Below are positions 1 through 10,081 of a stretch of DNA of 24,000 bases, piece by piece. This stretch comes from Pseudomonadota bacterium (GTDB lineage Bacteria > Pseudomonadota > Alphaproteobacteria > Rhizobiales > Xanthobacteraceae). A program made the position numbers and the translations under genes. The stretch spans positions 16,353 to 40,352 of the forward strand of contig JAEWFG010000235.1 in assembly GCA_023388935.1 (NCBI GenBank), in the 5' to 3' direction. The notes beneath the pieces are model-generated. The model made no database searches. It worked only from the letters and a program-made list of their open reading frames with translations, and was not told the DNA's origin. Within the stretch, counting starts at the first letter, position 1, and each line of letters opens with the position of its first letter.

Positions 1-1635
1 ATCACCGCGACCTTCGGGTTAGAGACCGAAGAGCCCGATGTCGTGAAATTCTCGGTCGAGGGCATCGAGGCCGGCCAGACCACTTACGGCCATCGCTTCC
101 TCGCGCCGTCAGCGATTCCCGTGCGGCGCTTCGAGGACTACGAAGCGAAGCTGCTCGCCGCGAAGGTCGTGCTCGACCCCGAGCGCCGCAAGGACGCGAT
201 CATCACCGACGCCAAGCAGCTTGCGTTCGCGCAAGGCTTTGACCTGGTCGAGGACCAGAACCTGCTCGACGAGGTCGCGGGCCTCGTCGAATGGCCGGTC
301 GTGCTGATGGGTTCGTTCGACCAGGAATTCTTGGCGACGCCTGCGGAAGTCATCCGCGCCACCATCCGCAACAACCAGAAGTGCTTTGTCGTCAGCGATC
401 CCAAAACAGGGAAGCTCGCCAACAAGTTCATCCTGGTCGCCAACATCGAGGCGACCGACGGCGGCAAGACCATCATCGCCGGCAACGAGCGCGTGATCCG
501 CGCGCGGCTGAGCGACGCGAAGTTCTTCTACGAGACGGACCTCAAGACGAGGCTCGAGGACCGTCTGCCGAAGTTCGATCAGATCGTGTTTCACGAGAAA
601 CTCGGTACACAGGCCGAGCGGATTGAGCGTATCGAACGGCTCGCCGCCGAGATCGCGCCGCTCGTCGGCGCCGATGTCGCCAAGGCCAAGCGCGCCGCGC
701 ACCTCGCCAAGGCGGATTTGCTGACCGAAGTCGTCGGCGAATTCCCGGAGGTGCAGGGCCTGATGGGCAAGTACTACGCGCTGGCGCAGGGCGAGGACGC
801 TTCCGTCGCCGCCGCCTGCGAGGAGCACTACAAGCCGCAGGGCCCTGCCGATCGCGTGCCGACCGATCCGGTCAGCGTGGCAGTGGCGCTCGCGGACAAG
901 CTCGATACGCTCGTCGGCTTCTGGGCGATCGACGAGAAACCAACGGGAAGCAAGGACCCGTATGCGCTCCGGCGGGCTGCACTGGGTGTGATCAGGCTGA
1001 TCGCCGAAAATGCGCTTCGGTTGTCGCTGATGAAGGCGGCTGAGTCTGCAATCGCAGGATTGCGGGAAATTGGTACGCCACAGGCACTCATTGACCCTGA
1101 TAAAGTTCCGAGCGACCTTCTCGCCTTCTTCGCCGACCGCCTCAAGGTGCAGCTTCGCGAGCAGGGCGCGCGTCACGATCTCGTCGATGCCGTGTTCGCG
1201 CTCGGCGGCCAGGACGACCTCCTGATGATCGTCCGCCGCGTCGACGCGCTCGGCAAGTTCCTCGATAGCGATGACGGCAAGAATTTGCTCGCCGGCACCA
1301 AGCGCGCCAGCAACATCCTCTCGATTGAAGAAAAGAAGGACAAGCGCACGTTCGACGGTGCGCCGGACGCTGCGCTCTACAGCCTCGGCGAGGAGAAGGC
1401 GCTGGCGAAGGCGATCGGCGAGGTGAAGGCGGAAGCAAGCGCTGCTGTCGCTAGGGAAGACTTTGCTGCCGCAATGAGCGCGATGGCGAAGTTGCGCCCG
1501 CCGGTCGATGCGTTCTTCGACAAGGTTCGCGTCAACGACGACGATGCGAAGGTGCGTGAGAACCGACTGAAGCTGCTGAATGAAATCCGCAGCGCGACGC
1601 GTGCTGTGGCGGATTTTTCGAAGATCCAGGATTGA
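1..1635 (+). CDS. glyS: Glycine--tRNA ligase beta subunit, 5'-truncated by the window edge
   Basis: Frame 1 is open from nt 1 to the TGA at 1633-1635, so the listed Met at 43 is internal. The translation ([81 protein letters not shown]) fits the bacterial GlyS family. Strong GC3 codon bias. Confidence 0.93.
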   Translation: MTATFGLETEEPDVVKFSVEGIEAGQTTYGHRFLAPSAIPVRRFEDYEAKLLAAKVVLDPERRKDAIITDAKQLAFAQGFDLVEDQNLLDEVAGLVEWPVVLMGSFDQEFLATPAEVIRATIRNNQKCFVVSDPKTGKLANKFILVANIEATDGGKTIIAGNERVIRARLSDAKFFYETDLKTRLEDRLPKFDQIVFHEKLGTQAERIERIERLAAEIAPLVGADVAKAKRAAHLAKADLLTEVVGEFPEVQGLMGKYYALAQGEDASVAAACEEHYKPQGPADRVPTDPVSVAVALADKLDTLVGFWAIDEKPTGSKDPYALRRAALGVIRLIAENALRLSLMKAAESAIAGLREIGTPQALIDPDKVPSDLLAFFADRLKVQLREQGARHDLVDAVFALGGQDDLLMIVRRVDALGKFLDSDDGKNLLAGTKRASNILSIEEKKDKRTFDGAPDAALYSLGEEKALAKAIGEVKAEASAAVAREDFAAAMSAMAKLRPPVDAFFDKVRVNDDDAKVRENRLKLLNEIRSATRAVADFSKIQD

Positions 1636-1640
1636 GCTCT

Positions 1641-1757
1641 CGTGCCCCGGACGCAGCGCAGCGCTTCTTCAGCGGTGCGCTGCAGAGCCGGGGCCCATGT
1701 CAGCCGCATAAGATTCTGGGTCCCGGGTCGCGCTTCGCTTGCCCGGGACACGAAAGC
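1641..1757. repeat. REP/MITE-like hairpin-rich intergenic element
   Basis: Nested inverted repeats are present: GCCCCGG...CCGGGGC and GTCCCGGG...CCCGGGAC. The ends (CGTGCCCCGGAC / CCCGGGACACG) are roughly inverted. This is the same style as the GC-rich intergenic repeats common in Bradyrhizobium and Rhodopseudomonas genomes. Only one copy lies in this window, so copy number is unverified. Confidence 0.5.
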
Positions 1758-1767
1758 ACACGAGCGC

Positions 1768-1791
1768 AAAAAAGCCCCACCCGGTGGGGGG
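1768..1791 (-). terminator. Rho-independent terminator downstream of the DUF1236-like gene
   Basis: The minus strand reads CCCCCCACCGGGTGGGGCTTTTTTGCG, a short GC stem (CCCCA/TGGGG) followed by a T6 run. It lies ~85 nt after the stop at 1875. Confidence 0.55.
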
Positions 1792-1874
1792 AGACCGGGC
1801 AGGGCCTGATGTCCGATTTAACGCTGCTCGCATCAGCCTGATGTGGCGCGCCGGACATCGAGTTGAACGCGTGG

Positions 1875-2228
1875 CTAGTCCATCACCTCGACGATGCGCC
1901 GCGAGCGCGGCTCGACCAGCACGGTCTCGCCGTTCACGACGGTGTAGCGATACGTCGTCGCGCCGAAACGTTGCGGCACGTCATAATAAGTGATGCCGCT
2001 TTCGGGTAACGTGGTGCCGACCACGACTCGATCCGGAATGCTGAACGCAGGCACACGTTGTTCAACGACATACTCGCGGAAAGCCGGGCGCTGTTCGATC
2101 GCGATGGTCGGACCGCCATCGATCACGACGGGCGCGCGTCCCACCGTGATTCCGGTTTGCGCCTGCGCCGCGACGGGCGAGCCGATCGCGGCCGCGAGCG
2201 CTGCAAGTGCAAGAATCCTGTTCCGCAT
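1875..2228 (-). CDS. Small secreted protein, DUF1236-like
   Basis: ATG at 2228 is preceded by AAGGAG (minus strand cgAAGGAGttgtccATG). The N-terminus MRNRILALAALAAAIGSPVAAQAQ is a Sec signal peptide. The mature part (RPAFREYVVEQRVP, YYDVPQRFG, YRYTVVNGETVLVEP) resembles DUF1236 repeats. The 152-aa ORF-track version starts further upstream without an SD. Confidence 0.75.
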   Translation of the reverse strand: MRNRILALAALAAAIGSPVAAQAQTGITVGRAPVVIDGGPTIAIEQRPAFREYVVEQRVPAFSIPDRVVVGTTLPESGITYYDVPQRFGATTYRYTVVNGETVLVEPRSRRIVEVMD

Positions 2229-2449
2229 GGACAACTCCTTCGACGTGATTTCGGAAACGCCAGTGGCGCGACCGGTTGCCAATGCATGCGTGCTGGCAAT
2301 GTTCCGGGAAAAGCCCCGCCGCATTCGCGGCAATTTCGCGCAGTTTTCGCGAAGGCGGGAACTCGTACGCGGCTTGCGCGTCTCTACCCGCGGAACGCGG
2401 TCCGCTATGATCCGGCCGCGATTCGCATCACCCCACAGAAAGACAATCC

Positions 2450-2605
2450 ATGCACATCACTGTCGCCCACATTTCGCCGATTCTGTCGTTGATTGCGGGT
2501 GTGCTCATCCTGATCATGCCACGACTCCTCAATCTGATCGTCGCGATCTTCCTCATCATCAACGGCGCGATCGGGCTTGGACTCCTGAAGTGGCTCCACC
2601 TATAG
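2450..2605 (+). CDS. Small membrane protein, DUF3096-like (51 aa)
   Basis: Read by hand because it is below the ORF-track cutoff: ATG 2450 to TAG 2603-2605. Translation is MHITVAHISPILSLIAGVLILIMPRLLNLIVAIFLIINGAIGLGLLKWLHL, giving two hydrophobic helices. It resembles the short DUF3096 family as I remember it. The SD is weak. Confidence 0.5.
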   Translation: MHITVAHISPILSLIAGVLILIMPRLLNLIVAIFLIINGAIGLGLLKWLHL

Positions 2606-2698
2606 CTCCAGGGGGGCATTTTCCGGAACAGTTCGACTTGCGCGGGCCCGCCCAAAATGGTGTAAGGCCCGCGATTTCCCCTTCCTCTCGCAGGTTGT

Positions 2699-5620
2699 GT
2701 GCAAGCTATGGCCAAAGCCGCCTCGAAGCCTAAGAAAATGCAAGCGAAATCAAAAGCCTCCGCCGGGACGAAAGCCCCGCCGGCGGCCCGCAAAACGGTC
2801 GCCAAGAGCGCTCCGAAGCCGGTCGCCAAGCCGGCTGTGAAGCCCGCTGCGAAGGCTGCGACCAAGCCGGTTGCGCCAAAGGTTGCCGCCAAGGTCGCTG
2901 CGAAGCCTGCTCCGGGCAAGGCCGCACCAAGCGTGGCCAAGGCCGGCAAGTGGGTCTTCACGTTCGGTGATGGCAAGGCTGAAGGCCGGACGGAGATGCG
3001 CGACCTGCTCGGCGGCAAGGGCGCCAACCTCGCCGAGATGGCCAATCTCGGCCTGCCGGTGCCTCCGGGCTTCACCATCCCGACCTCGGTCTGCACCTAC
3101 TTCTACGCACACGACAAGTCCTATCCCAAGGAGCTTCAGTCGCAGGTTGAGAAGGCGCTGGACCATGTCGGCAAGTTGACCGGCAAGGTGTTCGGCGACA
3201 CCAGGAACCCCCTGCTCGTGTCCGTGCGCTCCGGCGCGCGCGCCTCGATGCCGGGCATGATGGACACCGTGCTCAATCTCGGTCTGAACGACGAGACCGT
3301 GGAAGCGCTCTCGGAACTGTCGGGCGACCGTCGCTTCGCCTATGACAGTTATCGCCGCTTCATCACCATGTATTCGGACGTGGTGCTCGGCTTCGAGCAT
3401 CATCACTTCGAGGAAATTCTCGACACCTTCAAGGACAGCCAGGGCTACACCCTCGACACCGATCTGTCCGCCGAGGACTGGGTCGAACTGGTCGGCAAGT
3501 ACAAGGATGCGGTCGCGCGCGAGACGGGCAAGGATTTCCCGCAGGATCCGCACGACCAGCTCTGGGGCGCGATTGGCGCAGTGTTTTCATCCTGGATGAA
3601 CGCGCGCGCGGTGACCTACCGCAAGCTGCACGACATTCCCGAATCCTGGGGCACCGCGGTCAACGTGCAGGCCATGGTGTTCGGCAACATGGGCGAGACG
3701 TCGGCGACCGGCGTCGCCTTCACCCGCAACCCCTCGACCGGCGAGAGCAAGCTCTACGGCGAGTTCCTGATCAACGCGCAAGGCGAGGACGTGGTGGCGG
3801 GCATCCGCACGCCGCAGGACATCACCGAGGAGGCGCGGAAGGAATCGGGCTCCGACAAGGCCTCGATGGAATCGGCGATGCCGGAGGCCTTCAAGGAACT
3901 GACGCGGATCTACACGCTGCTCGAGAAGCACTACCGCGACATGCAGGACATGGAGTTCACGGTCGAGCAGGGTAAGCTCTGGATGCTCCAGACCCGCGGC
4001 GGCAAGCGCACTGCGAAAGCGGCGCTGCGCATCGCGGTCGAGCTTGCCAACGAAGGTCTGATCTCGAAGAAGGAAGCGGTGACGCGGATCGATCCGGCGT
4101 CGCTCGACCAGCTCCTGCATCCGACCATCGATCCCGACGCCAAGCGCGACGTGATCGCGACCGGCCTGCCGGCCTCGCCCGGTGCAGCCTCCGGCGAGAT
4201 CGTGTTCTCCTCGGATGAAGCGGCCAAGCTTCAGGCCGACGGCCGTAAGGTGATTCTGGTCCGCATCGAGACCAGCCCCGAAGACATCCACGGCATGCAT
4301 GCCGCTGAAGGCATCTTGACCACGCGCGGCGGCATGACTTCGCATGCTGCGGTGGTTGCGCGCGGCATGGGCAAGCCCTGCGTCTCCGGCTGCGGCACCA
4401 TCCGCGTCGACTACGGCCGCGGCACCATGAGCATCGGCTCGCGCACCTTCAAGACCGGCGACGTCATCACCATCGACGGCTCGCTCGGCCAGGTGCTCGC
4501 CGGCCGCATGCCGATGATCGAGCCGGAGCTCTCCGGCGAGTTCGGCACGCTGATGAACTGGGCCGACCAGGTCCGCAAGATCGGCGTGCGCGTCAATGCC
4601 GACACGCCGGACGATGCGCGCACCGCGCTCAAGTTCGGCGCGGAGGGCATCGGCCTCTGCCGTACCGAGCACATGTTCTTCGAGGAGACGCGCATCCGCA
4701 CGGTGCGCGAGATGATCCTCTCCGAGGACGAGCAGGCGCGCCGCGCCGCGCTCGCCAAGCTGCTGCCGATGCAGCGCGCCGACTTCGTCGAGTTGTTCGA
4801 GATCATGAAGGGGCTTCCCGTCACGATCCGCCTGCTCGATCCGCCGCTCCACGAATTCCTGCCGCACACCCATGCCGAGGTCGAGGAAGTGGCGCGCGCC
4901 ATGAACACCGATCCGCGGCGCCTGGCCGACCGCGCGCGCGAGCTCTCGGAGTTCAATCCGATGCTCGGCTTCCGTGGCTGCCGTATCGCGATCGCATATC
5001 CCGAGATCGCCGAGATGCAGGCGCGCGCGATCTTCGAGGCGGCCGTCGAGGCGCAGCGGCGCACCGGCAAGGCCGTCGGCCTCGAGGTGATGGTGCCGTT
5101 GATCGCGACCAAGGCCGAGCTCGATCTCGTCAAGGCGCGGATCGATGCGACCGCGCAGGCCGTCATGCGGGACACCAACACCAAGCTCGCCTATCAGGTC
5201 GGTACCATGATCGAGCTGCCGCGGGCCTGCCTGCTCGCGGGAGAGATCGCCGAGAGCGCCGAGTTCTTCTCCTTCGGCACCAACGACCTCACCCAGACGA
5301 CCTATGGCATCAGCCGCGACGATGCGGCGAGCTTCCTCGGTCCCTACGTGACCAAGGGCATCCTCGCGGTCGATCCCTTCATCTCGCTCGACCAGGAGGG
5401 GGTCGGCGAGCTGATCAAGATCGGCGTCGCGCGCGGTCGCAAGACGCGCGCCTCGCTCAAGATGGGGATCTGCGGCGAGCACGGCGGCGATCCTGCGTCC
5501 GTCGCCTTCTGCAACGCGGTCGGCCTCGACTACGTCTCCTGCTCGCCCTACCGCGTGCCAATCGCCCGTCTTGCGGCAGCGCAGGCCGCGCTCGGCAAAG
5601 CGGCCGCGAGCCAGGCGTAA
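2699..5620 (+). CDS. ppdK: Pyruvate, phosphate dikinase with an Ala/Lys/Pro-rich N-terminal extension
   Basis: From KWVFTFGDGKAEG (nt 2948) onward this is canonical PPDK. It includes GGKGANLAEM, the phospho-His region LTTRGGMTSHAAVVARGMGKPCV, and the PEP-utilizing C-terminal GLCRTEHMF...FSFGTNDLTQ...CGEHGGDP. The start is uncertain: ATG 2699, 2708 or 2738 give the extension, and GTG 2933 would give a conventional N-terminus. Confidence 0.93.
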   Translation: MQAMAKAASKPKKMQAKSKASAGTKAPPAARKTVAKSAPKPVAKPAVKPAAKAATKPVAPKVAAKVAAKPAPGKAAPSVAKAGKWVFTFGDGKAEGRTEMRDLLGGKGANLAEMANLGLPVPPGFTIPTSVCTYFYAHDKSYPKELQSQVEKALDHVGKLTGKVFGDTRNPLLVSVRSGARASMPGMMDTVLNLGLNDETVEALSELSGDRRFAYDSYRRFITMYSDVVLGFEHHHFEEILDTFKDSQGYTLDTDLSAEDWVELVGKYKDAVARETGKDFPQDPHDQLWGAIGAVFSSWMNARAVTYRKLHDIPESWGTAVNVQAMVFGNMGETSATGVAFTRNPSTGESKLYGEFLINAQGEDVVAGIRTPQDITEEARKESGSDKASMESAMPEAFKELTRIYTLLEKHYRDMQDMEFTVEQGKLWMLQTRGGKRTAKAALRIAVELANEGLISKKEAVTRIDPASLDQLLHPTIDPDAKRDVIATGLPASPGAASGEIVFSSDEAAKLQADGRKVILVRIETSPEDIHGMHAAEGILTTRGGMTSHAAVVARGMGKPCVSGCGTIRVDYGRGTMSIGSRTFKTGDVITIDGSLGQVLAGRMPMIEPELSGEFGTLMNWADQVRKIGVRVNADTPDDARTALKFGAEGIGLCRTEHMFFEETRIRTVREMILSEDEQARRAALAKLLPMQRADFVELFEIMKGLPVTIRLLDPPLHEFLPHTHAEVEEVARAMNTDPRRLADRARELSEFNPMLGFRGCRIAIAYPEIAEMQARAIFEAAVEAQRRTGKAVGLEVMVPLIATKAELDLVKARIDATAQAVMRDTNTKLAYQVGTMIELPRACLLAGEIAESAEFFSFGTNDLTQTTYGISRDDAASFLGPYVTKGILAVDPFISLDQEGVGELIKIGVARGRKTRASLKMGICGEHGGDPASVAFCNAVGLDYVSCSPYRVPIARLAAAQAALGKAAASQA

Positions 5621-5647
5621 GCGAAGAGTCGAAATGCTGGATGCGAG

Positions 5648-5678
5648 AGAGGGGGGCCAAACCCGCCTCTTTCGTCTT
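5648..5678 (+). terminator. Putative rho-independent terminator after ppdK
   Basis: AGAGGGGGG-ccaaa-CCCGCCTCT forms an imperfect stem with one mismatch, followed by TTCGTCTT. It starts 28 nt after the ppdK stop. Confidence 0.45.
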
Positions 5679-5974
5679 GGGCGACACCGTCTCCACATCG
5701 TCATTGCAATGACGGCGGAAGGAACCGCGCGTGTCCCGTAATGAGACGCGCCGTCAAGAGTTCCTTCACCATTCGCGTTGACCGAATGTTTACCGCTTCA
5801 CGTGAGGAGGCATTTACCAGCTCGCGCGATCACTTCGTGAAGGCACCTGTGTTCGCTTGAGTGTGCCGTGCGCGCAACGGCGATTAACGCCCCGGCAACC
5901 TAAATCGGATACTTACGACAAAGATCGAATTGCACGGATGTGCCGACTTCGATCAGACGAGCGTGAGCGTATCG

Positions 5975-7429
5975 ATGTTTGTGTTGCGTAACCATCCGAA
6001 GGGCGTGCGGTTCGCGTCCTTCGGAATCGGTCTCTGCATCTTCGCATTGATGCCGAGAGAGACCGGTTATCAGGACATTGCCTCTCTGCTGGCGCGTCAG
6101 CCCGGCGTCGCCGAACGTTGGCAGAAGCAGGTGTTTTCTGCGGCGTCCTCGATTCAGCTCGCCACCTACAGTTTCTCCCGGCCGATCGGAACTTCGGTTC
6201 CGCAGAGCGCGATGGTTCGCCTCGCAAGCCTCGATGGCCGCGACGTCACCGGCGCGATCAGCCGCAATCCGGCACTCCAGGCGCCGCCGCGCTACCAGGC
6301 CGCCGATTTTCCCAAGGTCGATCGCGCTCTGAAGGGCGATCGCCTCGCCATTGTTGCGCCCACGCAGGCTCCCGCGACGGCCGCACCGACCACGGCTCCG
6401 GCGCAGGAGGATCCTGCGACGTCGAACAGCTCGGTGTTCGGCGCCAAGACCGTCGCCTTGCCGCAGGCGATGTCGCCGGAGTCCGCGGCTACTCTCGATC
6501 CGGAACTCGAGGAAGCACTGCGTGCGCCGCCGCTGGCGCAATATACCAACCCGCCGCAGGCCAGTGACGCCGCGCGCCCGCTTGCGATCGAGCCGCTCGA
6601 AGCGCTGAAGCAAGCGACCATTCCGGCTGCGCCGCCGCGCGATCCTTTCCGTGTGAAGACCTCGAACCTGTTCTTCGGCAGCTCCTCGCTCGGCGGCAGT
6701 CCCGAGAGCATCGAGAGCTGGGAGCCCGGTGCTGAGCCGCTGATCGTGATGCCTGATCCCGACATGAAGGTGACGGCCTCGCTGTCGCCACCGTCGGAGG
6801 ACGTTGCCAAGGACATCGAAAGCGGCGAGAGCGTCGCGCCGAAGGGCGAGGTCAACGCCGACAATCAGCGCGGCAAATCACCCGCGGAGCGGCTTGCGCT
6901 CGACGACAAGTCGCGTGCGAAGTCTGAAAAGTGTCTTGCCGAAGCCGTCTACTTCGAATCGCGCGGCGAGGCCGTGCGCGGGCAGATGGCGGTTGCGCAG
7001 GTGGTGATGAACCGCGTGTTCTCCGGCAAATATCCGGACACTGTGTGCGGCGTGGTCTACCAGAACAAGTATCGTCACCTGGCCTGCCAGTTCACCTTCG
7101 CCTGCGACAATAATCCCGACGTGATCCGCGAGCCCGAGATGTGGGAACGCGCGAAAAAGATCTCGAAGGCCATGCTCGACGGCCAGATCTGGCTGCCCGA
7201 AGTCGGCAAGTCCACGCACTATCACGCCTATTGGGTGCGTCCGTCCTGGGTCGCCGAGATGAAGAAGATGTACAAGTTCGGCGTGCACACCTTCTACCGG
7301 CCGCGCGCCTGGGGCGACGGCAGCGAGGAACCGAGCTGGGGCACGCCGGCGCAGACCGCCGCACTCTCTGCCGAACTTATCCAGGAAGCGAAGAGCTCCG
7401 CCGAGATGGGTGTGAGCGAGCGGCGGTAG
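5975..7429 (+). CDS. Cell-wall hydrolase, SleB/Hydrolase_2 family, with a long Pro/Ala-rich N-terminal region
   Basis: The C-terminal ~150 aa (CLAEAVYFESRGE...GQMAVAQVVMNRV...YPDTVCGVVYQ...CQFTFACD...THYHA) match the SleB-type cell-wall hydrolase domain. The N-terminus has one hydrophobic segment (FASFGIGLCIFALM). The start is ambiguous between ATG 5975 and the ORF-track start at 5930. Confidence 0.85.
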   Translation: MFVLRNHPKGVRFASFGIGLCIFALMPRETGYQDIASLLARQPGVAERWQKQVFSAASSIQLATYSFSRPIGTSVPQSAMVRLASLDGRDVTGAISRNPALQAPPRYQAADFPKVDRALKGDRLAIVAPTQAPATAAPTTAPAQEDPATSNSSVFGAKTVALPQAMSPESAATLDPELEEALRAPPLAQYTNPPQASDAARPLAIEPLEALKQATIPAAPPRDPFRVKTSNLFFGSSSLGGSPESIESWEPGAEPLIVMPDPDMKVTASLSPPSEDVAKDIESGESVAPKGEVNADNQRGKSPAERLALDDKSRAKSEKCLAEAVYFESRGEAVRGQMAVAQVVMNRVFSGKYPDTVCGVVYQNKYRHLACQFTFACDNNPDVIREPEMWERAKKISKAMLDGQIWLPEVGKSTHYHAYWVRPSWVAEMKKMYKFGVHTFYRPRAWGDGSEEPSWGTPAQTAALSAELIQEAKSSAEMGVSERR

Positions 7430-7440
7430 TGCGCTCGCGG

Positions 7441-7558
7441 CTCATCCTTCGAGACGCCCGCCAATGCGGGCTCCTCAGGATGAGGTCTCGTTTCGCGGCG
7501 AGATCCCCGACCCTCATGGTGAGGAGCGCCGCCTTGCCGCGCGTCTCGAACCATGAGG
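7441..7558. repeat. REP-like double-hairpin intergenic element between convergent genes
   Basis: Hairpin 1 is CTCATCCT(7441-7448)...AGGATGAG(7477-7484) with inner GCCCGC/GCGGGC. Hairpin 2 is CCTCATGGT(7512-7520)...ACCATGAGG(7550-7558). This is typical of Bradyrhizobium-type intergenic repeats and probably acts as a bidirectional terminator. Confidence 0.55.
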
Positions 7559-7575
7559 CCGAGCATGTTCGCAGT

Positions 7576-8454
7576 TCACGCCTCGATATCGAGCGCGCAG
7601 TCGAAGTTTGGCGCCGAATGAGTCAGCGCGCCGGATGAGACGTAGTCGACGCCAGTTGCCGCGATCGCTGCGATCGACTCCAGCGTGACGCCGCCGGACG
7701 CTTCCAGGGCGACACGGCCTTCGGCGAGCCGCACCGCCTCGCGCAGCCTTGCAAGGTCCATGTTGTCGAGCAGCACGGCGTCAGCCATTCCGCTGTCCAG
7801 GACTTCGCGTAGTTGCGCCAGCGTATCCACCTCGATCTCGATCTTGACGAGATGGCCGGCATGGGCGCGGGCGCGCTCCAGCACGGGGCGGATGCCGCCG
7901 GCGACCGCGATATGGTTGTCCTTGATCAGGATCGCATCATCGAGGCCGAAACGGTGGTTGAAGCCACCGCCGCAGCGCACCGCGTATTTCTCCAGCGCCC
8001 GCAATCCCGGCGTGGTCTTTCGCGTGCAGCAGATGCGCATCCTGGTGCCTTCGGTGCGCGCGACATGGTCCGCCGTCAGCGTCGCGACGCCTGACAGGCG
8101 GCCGACGAAGTTGAGGGCGGTTCGCTCCGCCGTGAGAATGGCGCGGGCCGGGCCGGAGATCGTCAGCACGTGCTGGCCGCGGGCAACGTGCGCGGCGTCG
8201 CGGACATGGGCGCGCACCTCGATGTCGGATGAGAGCTTCTGCAGGGTCGCGAGCGCGAGCGGTAATCCGGCGATCACCCCGGACTGGCGCGCGACGAGGA
8301 TCGCTTGCGCCTTTGTCGCCTCCGGGATCGTCGCCAGCGAGGTGATGTCGCCGGCGCGGCCGAGATCCTCGTCGAGCGCGCGATGCACGGCCTCGTCGAT
8401 CGCAAGCGGCGAGAGGAAGGCGTCGGGATTGAGCAGTGAGGTCGGGGTGATCAT
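7576..8454 (-). CDS. nadC: Nicotinate-nucleotide pyrophosphorylase (quinolinate phosphoribosyltransferase)
   Basis: 292-aa ORF with typical NadC features: [46 protein letters not shown]. It is the last gene of the nadABC cluster. Confidence 0.93.
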   Translation of the reverse strand: MITPTSLLNPDAFLSPLAIDEAVHRALDEDLGRAGDITSLATIPEATKAQAILVARQSGVIAGLPLALATLQKLSSDIEVRAHVRDAAHVARGQHVLTISGPARAILTAERTALNFVGRLSGVATLTADHVARTEGTRMRICCTRKTTPGLRALEKYAVRCGGGFNHRFGLDDAILIKDNHIAVAGGIRPVLERARAHAGHLVKIEIEVDTLAQLREVLDSGMADAVLLDNMDLARLREAVRLAEGRVALEASGGVTLESIAAIAATGVDYVSSGALTHSAPNFDCALDIEA

Positions 8455-8464
8455 GGGGCTTCCT

Positions 8465-10072
8465 TCAGGCGATCATGGATTGCGCAATGCGCGGCAGTGG
8501 ACGGTCGCTCAAGCGTTCCGCGACTTCGCGCGCCGCGGCGAGTGTGGTCATCGTTCGCCGCGCCAGCGTGGGCACATCGGCCGGATGGTCGGAGCGGAAA
8601 TGCGCGCCGCGGCTCTCGCGCCGCGTCAAGGCCGCAGCGGCGACGAGCAGGGCTGACGTCGCCATGTTGCGGACCACGATGCTTGTTGCTTCGCGCTCGA
8701 TCGCGGCGAAGCTGCGCACGGCCTGCGCAAGTCCGTCACCGTCGCGGATCACGCCGACATGCGCGCTCATCGTCGCGCGCAGCCGCGCCGCGGCCGCAGC
8801 ATCCGGTGCATCGCCCATTGTCCTCACTAGCGCGTCGGGCAGACGGGCAGGCGAGGGGATCGCGCGGCCGGCGATGTCGTCGGCGATGCGCGCGGCGTAG
8901 ACCACCGCCTCCAGCAGCGAATTGGAGGCGAGCCGGTTGGCGCCATGCGCGCCGGTGGACGACACTTCGCCACCGGCCCAGAGCCCGTCGATCGAGCTGC
9001 GGCCGCGACCGTCGACTGCGACGCCGCCCATGTGGTAGTGCGCGGCGGGCGAGATCGGGATGGCCTGCGTGGCGGGATCGATGCCGGCGGCGATACAGCT
9101 CGCATGCACCGTCGGAAATTTTTCGGCAAAGCGCGCGCCCAGCGCCTCGCGCGCATCGAGGAACGCGCCGCGTCCGGCCGCGATCTCGGCGAACACGCCG
9201 CGGGCGACGATGTCGCGCGGCGCGAGCTCGGCGAGCGGGTGGCGCGCGAGCATGAAGCGTTCGCCACGACCGTTGATCAGCGTCGCGCCTTCGCCGCGCA
9301 GAGCCTCGGTCGCGAGCGGTGCCGGATCGCGGCCGACCCTGATGGCTGTGGGGTGGAACTGCACGAATTCGGGGTCGGCAATCACGGCGCCGGCGCGCGC
9401 GGCGATTGCAAGGCCCGATCCGCTGGCCTCAAGCGGGTTGGTGGTGACGGCATAGAGATGGCCGATACCGCCGGTGGCGAGCACGACCGCGCGCGTGGCG
9501 AGCAGGATCGGCCGTACCGCCGCGTTGCCAGCCTCGCGCAATTGAAGACCGGTGACGGCGCCGTCCTCCGTCAAAAGCGCCTCGGCGGCGAAACCTTCGA
9601 TCAGGCGGATCGACGGTGTCCGGCGCACGGCTTCGACGAGCGCCGCGATGATCGCGGCTCCCGCGCCGTCGCCACACACATGCACGATGCGTCGCGCTGA
9701 ATGCGCAGCCTCGCGCCCGACTGCGAGCCTCCCCTCCAGGTCGCGGTCGAACGGCACGCCATAGGCGAGCAGATCGTGGATTCGCGGCGACGCCTCGCGC
9801 GCAATCCCTAGCGCGACCGCCTCATCGACGAGGCCGCCGCCAACGGCGATGGTGTCGGCGCCGTGCGCCTCGGGACTGTCGCCCTCGGCCACGGCCGCTG
9901 CGATGCCGCCTTGCGCCCATGCGGACGATGCACCCTGTCCGAGTGGCGCGACCGAGATCAGCGTCACAGGCCGCGGCGCGAGTTTGAGTGCGCAGAAGAG
10001 TCCGGCGAGGCCTCCGCCGACGATAACGACGTCGTCGCTGCCGCGAGTGAGGTTGTGGATGTTATCCTGCAT
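8465..10072 (-). CDS. nadB: L-aspartate oxidase
   Basis: 535 aa. It has an N-terminal FAD fold ([11 protein letters not shown]) and flavoprotein motifs ([41 protein letters not shown]). There is a 10-nt gap to nadC and a 9-nt gap from nadA. Confidence 0.94.
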   Translation of the reverse strand: MQDNIHNLTRGSDDVVIVGGGLAGLFCALKLAPRPVTLISVAPLGQGASSAWAQGGIAAAVAEGDSPEAHGADTIAVGGGLVDEAVALGIAREASPRIHDLLAYGVPFDRDLEGRLAVGREAAHSARRIVHVCGDGAGAAIIAALVEAVRRTPSIRLIEGFAAEALLTEDGAVTGLQLREAGNAAVRPILLATRAVVLATGGIGHLYAVTTNPLEASGSGLAIAARAGAVIADPEFVQFHPTAIRVGRDPAPLATEALRGEGATLINGRGERFMLARHPLAELAPRDIVARGVFAEIAAGRGAFLDAREALGARFAEKFPTVHASCIAAGIDPATQAIPISPAAHYHMGGVAVDGRGRSSIDGLWAGGEVSSTGAHGANRLASNSLLEAVVYAARIADDIAGRAIPSPARLPDALVRTMGDAPDAAAAARLRATMSAHVGVIRDGDGLAQAVRSFAAIEREATSIVVRNMATSALLVAAAALTRRESRGAHFRSDHPADVPTLARRTMTTLAAAREVAERLSDRPLPRIAQSMIA

Positions 10073-10081
10073 ATTCTGCCC

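Noticed and set aside
109-1176. 355-aa minus-strand ORF, plus several 60-130-aa ORFs, antisense to glyS
   Set aside because: Shadow ORFs typical of high-GC DNA. They are Arg/Gly/Asp-rich with no family resemblance, and they fully overlap a confidently identified gene.
3587-5704. 705-aa minus-strand ORF antisense to ppdK, and the 267-aa ORF at 2750-3553
   Set aside because: Same GC-driven antisense artefact. The composition is dominated by R/A/G/D/L, and the plus-strand PPDK match is unambiguous.
5700-5930. Possible CtrA box (TTAACgccccggcAACC) or EcfG-type promoter (GGAAC...CGTT) upstream of the hydrolase gene
   Set aside because: The half-sites and spacings do not fit the consensus (TTAA-N7-TTAA; GGAAC-N16-17-CGTT).
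7685-8656. 323-aa plus-strand ORF opposite nadC/nadB, and similar ORFs opposite nadB/nadA (8497-9255, 8945-9700, 9849-10526)
   Set aside because: Antisense shadows of well-supported nad genes, with Ser/Arg/Ala-rich translations.
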